From Elusimicrobia bacterium GWB2_63_22 (GTDB taxonomy: Bacteria > Elusimicrobiota > Elusimicrobia > Elusimicrobiales > UBA9959), in assembly GCA_001799735.1 (NCBI GenBank), contig MGUA01000020.1, positions 7,572-71,571 of the forward strand: a stretch of 64,000 bases of DNA. Direction: 5' to 3'. Shown here piece after piece: positions 60,146 through 64,000 of this stretch. Below the pieces are notes generated by a model. The model did no database searches. It was not told the DNA's origin and saw nothing but the letters and a program-made list of their open reading frames with translations. Positions within the stretch are counted from its first letter, which is position 1. Each line of letters begins with the position of its first letter. A program made the translations under genes and the position numbers.

Positions 60146-61441
60146 ATGGAGACTGATATGAAAAAATTAGCAATGCTGTTCCTCGTCCTTACTTTCCTGC
60201 CTTTCCACGCACCTGCCGCCGCGGCGGAAAAAGCGGCGCCCATGGAAAAGAAGATGACGTGCCGGTTCCAGAGCATCACTCTCCCGAAATTCTTTGCGTA
60301 TGTTTCCAGGGAGACCGGGCTGAACTTCAGAATAGACCCGGCGGTCAGCGAAATGCGCCTTACGCTCTTCGCCCGTAAATTTACCGCCGCCGAAGTAATG
60401 GAACTTCTGCGGATAGCAAAGGAACTGGAATTCCGCCGGGAGGCGGATGGCGGATATTTCGTGACGAAAGGCGCCCGTCTCTCTTTCCCACCCTTCACCC
60501 GCAAGGACCTGGAGGACCCGCTGCTGCAGCGGATGACGACCAATATACGTCTAAAGGAAGCGCCGCTCACGGTGCTCCTGGACATAGTATCCGCCAGCGC
60601 GCGCGTCAACTTCTTCGTCACGGAGGAGGCCGCGAAAGCCAAGATAACCGTGGAACTCACCAAGACCACCGTAGCCGACATCCTGCAATTCCTGCGGCGC
60701 GCGGGCTACGAGTATGCCCGAGTAGGCGCCACCAGCACCATCGTGGTGCGTAAAGCCGGTCCGGACGCGGGGATATTCTTCGAGGCGGAGGAAGCCTTCA
60801 ACACCAAGAAATATGAGAGGGCCGCGGTCATCTATAAGGAGATAGCGGCCGACGACCCGGAGTCCGACATGGCCGATTACGCCCTGCTGATGAGCGCGGT
60901 CAGCTACGACTGGCTGGCGGCCAGGGAGAATTCCCTCCAGGCGATGAAGACGGAGGAGGAACTGCTGGAGCGCCTTATCAAAACCTATCCGGGCAGCCAG
61001 CGCCTGGGGGACGCTTACCTGTACCTGGGCCAGATCCACTCCGGCTTCGGCGGCGCCAAGGCCGGCCCGGTTGATTGCCCCAAGGCCATCGGCTTCTACG
61101 AGCTCGCCATCAGGAACACCTACCGCGACTGGGTGAAGGCGCAAGCCCTGGCCAGGATAGCGCAATGCCACGAGCGAGCCGGCGGCAAGGAGAAAGCTGC
61201 CGCCGTCTACAAGGAGATACAGGAGAAGTACCCCGACACCCCAGCGGCTAAAGAACTGCGGGCCTTGGCTGCCGAGCGTGACCCGCTGCTGGAAGCCGGC
61301 CTGGCGCTGGAACGCGCCAAGGAGTACGAACTGGCCATCCAGACCTACAAACGGCTGATAGCCAGGGGCGACCCGGCCGAAGCCGTGCGCGAGGCCAGGA
61401 CCAGGCTGGAGGCCTGCCGCATGGCGCTGGAGGGGAAATAA
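60146..61441 (+). CDS. Exported protein with two STN/secretin-N-like modules and C-terminal TPR (YbgF/BamD-like) repeats
   Basis: 431 aa. Signal peptide. Two repeats of ...L..(F/L)L..(V/I)S.......F......(K/R)(I/L)T(L/V)....T..E(V/I)(M/L)..L... (residues ~40-110 and ~135-200), then TPR-like helices (KYERAAVIYKEIAADDP, GDAYLYLGQIH, AAVYKEIQEKYPDT). Confidence 0.6.
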   Translation: METDMKKLAMLFLVLTFLPFHAPAAAAEKAAPMEKKMTCRFQSITLPKFFAYVSRETGLNFRIDPAVSEMRLTLFARKFTAAEVMELLRIAKELEFRREADGGYFVTKGARLSFPPFTRKDLEDPLLQRMTTNIRLKEAPLTVLLDIVSASARVNFFVTEEAAKAKITVELTKTTVADILQFLRRAGYEYARVGATSTIVVRKAGPDAGIFFEAEEAFNTKKYERAAVIYKEIAADDPESDMADYALLMSAVSYDWLAARENSLQAMKTEEELLERLIKTYPGSQRLGDAYLYLGQIHSGFGGAKAGPVDCPKAIGFYELAIRNTYRDWVKAQALARIAQCHERAGGKEKAAAVYKEIQEKYPDTPAAKELRALAAERDPLLEAGLALERAKEYELAIQTYKRLIARGDPAEAVREARTRLEACRMALEGK

Positions 61442-61537
61442 GGTTCCGCAGGGCCCTGCTCAGATTGCAGGGAATATAGGTTATCAGCAGTTCCCATTGG
61501 TGAAAAAGATGAACAGCTGGCAACCCTGGCTGGGCCT

Positions 61538-62440
61538 TTATGGACCGGACGCCGTCCGCAGCACAGGCCGCCCGAGCATTTTACGAAGGATCTTCTGCTC
61601 CATGCCGAAATGGCCCGCCCCGTACACGACCAGCACCCGGTCAAACCTGTTCAGGCCCTCGGCGATGGCCCGGCAGACCGCCGCGTCCCTGACCCTTGCC
61701 ACCTGGTAGTCCATTTTCTGGGTGAATAAGGAATCAGCAGCGTTGTAAGGCGCGGTCTCCTGAATAGTTATGGCCCCGCTGTCGAATTGTTTTTTGTTCC
61801 TTTGCGAGTACCAGGCCGCCAGTTCGGACTCCGACATCAGCGCGGCCCCGGTGAGCTTGTACATCCGCCCGGCGTTCCTGGAAGCCGCCGAGTAAAAGTC
61901 GCTGAAACTCTCCGCTCCTCCCTGCCTGCGCCATACGGGGATCTCCGTCAGGATGCTGTAACCGAAAATATCCTTTTCGGTGTACCCTTTGGACAGCAGC
62001 CATTGTTTTATCTCCTGCGGCGCAGGCTCGCCGCCGGCGAACACCGCCGAGCCGGCAAGGGCGAGCGACGCGGCATAGTAGGATTCCATACGGAGAGGGT
62101 CGCTATTGATAAGTTTTACGAAGGCCGGGCTGTTATCCCCGGCATTCCGGGGAATACCTTCTACTATCACCAGTTGCGGCGGTCTCGCCGCGAATTCCGC
62201 CCTGATAAGGGCGAATGTTGCGCTGTCCAGTCCGGATTCATGCCGGGCGGCTATGTAACTCAACCGCTTTCCGCGCCGTTCATATCTGGCGACGAAAGGC
62301 GGCGGAGGACAATCGTCGCACCGGTAAGTGGCCGGCATCAAAGAGATATCTGGCGGAGATATCTTCGCGTGGCCGCAGCCAAGCGACAAGAGGGCCGCTA
62401 TCGTCGCTACGGTCAACCTTACTACCCGGATGTTTTTCAT
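61538..62440 (-). CDS. Hypothetical lipoprotein
   Basis: 300 aa with a lipobox-like N-terminus, ALLSLGCGH. No confident family; VVYGAGHF is reminiscent of TraB/GumN/ChaN-type proteins but is insufficient to assign one. Confidence 0.55.
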   Translation of the reverse strand: MKNIRVVRLTVATIAALLSLGCGHAKISPPDISLMPATYRCDDCPPPPFVARYERRGKRLSYIAARHESGLDSATFALIRAEFAARPPQLVIVEGIPRNAGDNSPAFVKLINSDPLRMESYYAASLALAGSAVFAGGEPAPQEIKQWLLSKGYTEKDIFGYSILTEIPVWRRQGGAESFSDFYSAASRNAGRMYKLTGAALMSESELAAWYSQRNKKQFDSGAITIQETAPYNAADSLFTQKMDYQVARVRDAAVCRAIAEGLNRFDRVLVVYGAGHFGMEQKILRKMLGRPVLRTASGP

Positions 62441-62449
62441 GCAGAACTC

Positions 62450-63709
62450 CTACTCAGCGCAAACGTCGCGGACCAGGTCCGCTTCAGCCGGTTCATAGCC
62501 GGCACCGGCGGCCAGACACAGCAGCCTTAAGGCCTCCGCTGAATTTTTCGGCACCGCCTCTCCGGCGGCATACCCCAGGGCCAGCTTGTATTGGGCCGGA
62601 GGATATCCCGCGTCGGCGGCCAGTCGGTATAAACGGAAAGCCTCGTTCCTGTCCGGCTTCACGCCGGAGCCGTTCTGATACGCTTCGGCCAGTTTGTACT
62701 GTTCCGCAGCGTCTCCCTGCGCGGCTGCTGCCCCATCCGTCCCGCTACCGCTCCCCGGCTTTTGACAGGTGGCGAGGATTATCTGCTTTTTAGCGGAAAC
62801 GATCACCTGCGGCATATCCGACTGGGCCTCAGGGTTGTGATTTGCCGTCAAACACCACCACTTTAAGGCCGCGGCCGGGTTCTTCGGCACAACTTCTCCC
62901 GAGTCATACAGCAGCCCCAGCTTGTATTGCGCGCTGCCAAATCCGGAATTCGCGGCCGCACCGTATAATCTGAAGGCTTCCATTCTATCCTTCTCCACGC
63001 CTCCCCCGTCTTCGTACGCCTGGGCAAGCCTGTATTGCGCCCCGGGCGCCCCCTGAGCGGCGGCCAGTTTATAGAGCCGGAACGCTTCCTCTTTATCCGC
63101 CCTGACGCCGAGGCCGGACTCGTAACGGGTCCCCAGATTATATTGCGCTATGGGGCTGCCGTTGTCCGCGGCCCGCCGGTACCATTCGGCGGCTTTTTTC
63201 TCATCCATTTCCAGGCCTTTACCTTGCGCGTAGGCATAGCCAATATTACACTGGGCTTCGGGGTTACCCTGCAGGGCCGACTTCAGAGACCATTTAACGC
63301 CTTCCGCGGCGTTCTTCTGCGTACCTTCCCCATAGGAGTACATTCTTCCGAGAGCATACTGCGCCAGGTCATCGCCGGCCTCCGCCAACTGCCGTATGCC
63401 CGGAAAAGCGGCTTTTCTCAGGTTGTCTGCGGCGGCCCTGGCTTTAAGCGACAGCGAGTTGCGGACGATACAATTGGAATAGAAATAGTAGGCGACGGGA
63501 TTATCCCTTTGCCCTAACTGTTTAAACTTCGCGCAGGCAAGGGGATACTCGAACCGCCTCCAGAGGGCGACGGCCTTGCGAAGCTCTTTTTTTTGCGCTT
63601 TATACCGCGCCGGGCTGTAGGCGCCTTCGGCGGCATCCGCACACAACGGGAGAGCGCCAAGAAGGGCCCAAAAGAGCATAACATAAGTTTTCAAAATTGA
63701 GTGAAACAT
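62450..63709 (-). CDS. Sel1-like repeat (SLR) protein, exported
   Basis: 419 aa. Signal peptide, then about 8 repeats of the A.Y.LG..Y..G.GV..D...A..W(L)Y..AA..G...AQ pattern. Confidence 0.85.
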   Translation of the reverse strand: MFHSILKTYVMLFWALLGALPLCADAAEGAYSPARYKAQKKELRKAVALWRRFEYPLACAKFKQLGQRDNPVAYYFYSNCIVRNSLSLKARAAADNLRKAAFPGIRQLAEAGDDLAQYALGRMYSYGEGTQKNAAEGVKWSLKSALQGNPEAQCNIGYAYAQGKGLEMDEKKAAEWYRRAADNGSPIAQYNLGTRYESGLGVRADKEEAFRLYKLAAAQGAPGAQYRLAQAYEDGGGVEKDRMEAFRLYGAAANSGFGSAQYKLGLLYDSGEVVPKNPAAALKWWCLTANHNPEAQSDMPQVIVSAKKQIILATCQKPGSGSGTDGAAAAQGDAAEQYKLAEAYQNGSGVKPDRNEAFRLYRLAADAGYPPAQYKLALGYAAGEAVPKNSAEALRLLCLAAGAGYEPAEADLVRDVCAE

Positions 63710-64000
63710 GTTTCTCCATCCTCTTGACGAGTTTTTTTAAACCTTCGGCTGAACTGCTCACGCTTTGTTCATGATACGAAAAAATATCCCGCTTTCACTT
63801 TTTCGCACGGTCCTTGCTTCAGCCGGGCGCCAGGCGCGAGAAAGAATGCTCCCTGAACTCGCCTATCTCCGATTCCCCCCCCGATTTTTCTTTCCTCCTG
63901 ACGCGTTTTTTCGATTTACGAACTATTGCCGGACGTTTTTTCCGGAGTCCAACCGGCATCCCAACGTTCCCGCCCACCCCTCCCTGTTATCGGGGCTCGA

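Noticed and set aside
63771-64000. Open plus-strand frame from ATG 63771 to the window edge (MIRKNIPLSLFRTVLAS...)
   Set aside because: Third-codon positions are AT-rich, unlike confident genes here. The translation is Phe/Pro/Arg-rich with no motif, and there is no SD. Insufficient support for a CDS.
1-64000. Search by eye of the intergenic spacers for tRNA, rRNA, tmRNA, RNase P, SRP RNA and CRISPR arrays
   Set aside because: No spacer is long enough for, or shows the cloverleaf/conserved-box features of, these RNAs. The only repeated non-coding sequence is the palindromic element reported above. A tRNAscan/Infernal run would be needed to be certain.

Overview
High-GC bacterial chromosomal window from a diderm organism. 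I recognised no rRNA, tRNA or CRISPR array. All family assignments are made by eye from motifs in the supplied translations and my own hand translations; nothing was searched. Hand-derived coordinates of non-CDS features may be off by 1-2 nt.
(1) 1-23.4 kb is an accessory region dominated by radical SAM (rSAM) genes. There are ten: two HemN-like, two B12-binding, two tandem twitch/SPASM paralogs, and two HxsB-like/HxsC-like pairs. It also encodes a membrane polyferredoxin, a TPR protein, a GT2 glycosyltransferase, a sugar nucleotidyltransferase and an FAD oxidoreductase. At its core is a 110-aa peptide ending in 13 His-Xaa-Ser repeats plus GGWC, flanked by two HxsD-like genes and a 12-Cys exported protein. 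Genes are chained by ATGA/GTGA start-stop overlaps. This looks like a greatly expanded and rearranged relative of the His-Xaa-Ser (Hxs) system, which is defined only bioinformatically and has no known product. It is my main candidate for a novel system.
(2) 23.5-25.9 kb holds a secreted barnase-family RNase with barstar, and a PIN-PhoH ATPase.
(3) 26.2-45.4 kb is the outer-membrane and lipid A core: bamA, skp, lpxD, lpxC, fabZ, lpxA, lpxI, a DUF374-type acyltransferase, lpxB, msbA and a GT9 gene. It is interrupted by glgB, a receiver protein, an exported hypothetical and a Gfo/Idh/MocA oxidoreductase, and followed by a ZIP transporter, a short Rel and ArfB. Two ~190-nt copies of a structured palindromic intergenic element lie after lpxD and after msbA, directly upstream of lpxC and the ZIP gene, and show compensatory substitutions.
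(4) 45.4-64 kb holds housekeeping and metabolic genes (sulfatase-family membrane protein, rlmN, pcp, thiolase, CoA-transferase, TetR). It also contains an IS-scarred islet of apparently lower GC with two GNAT genes, an ECF sigma module and a Sel1-repeat protein.
Many long antisense shadow ORFs typical of high-GC DNA were rejected.
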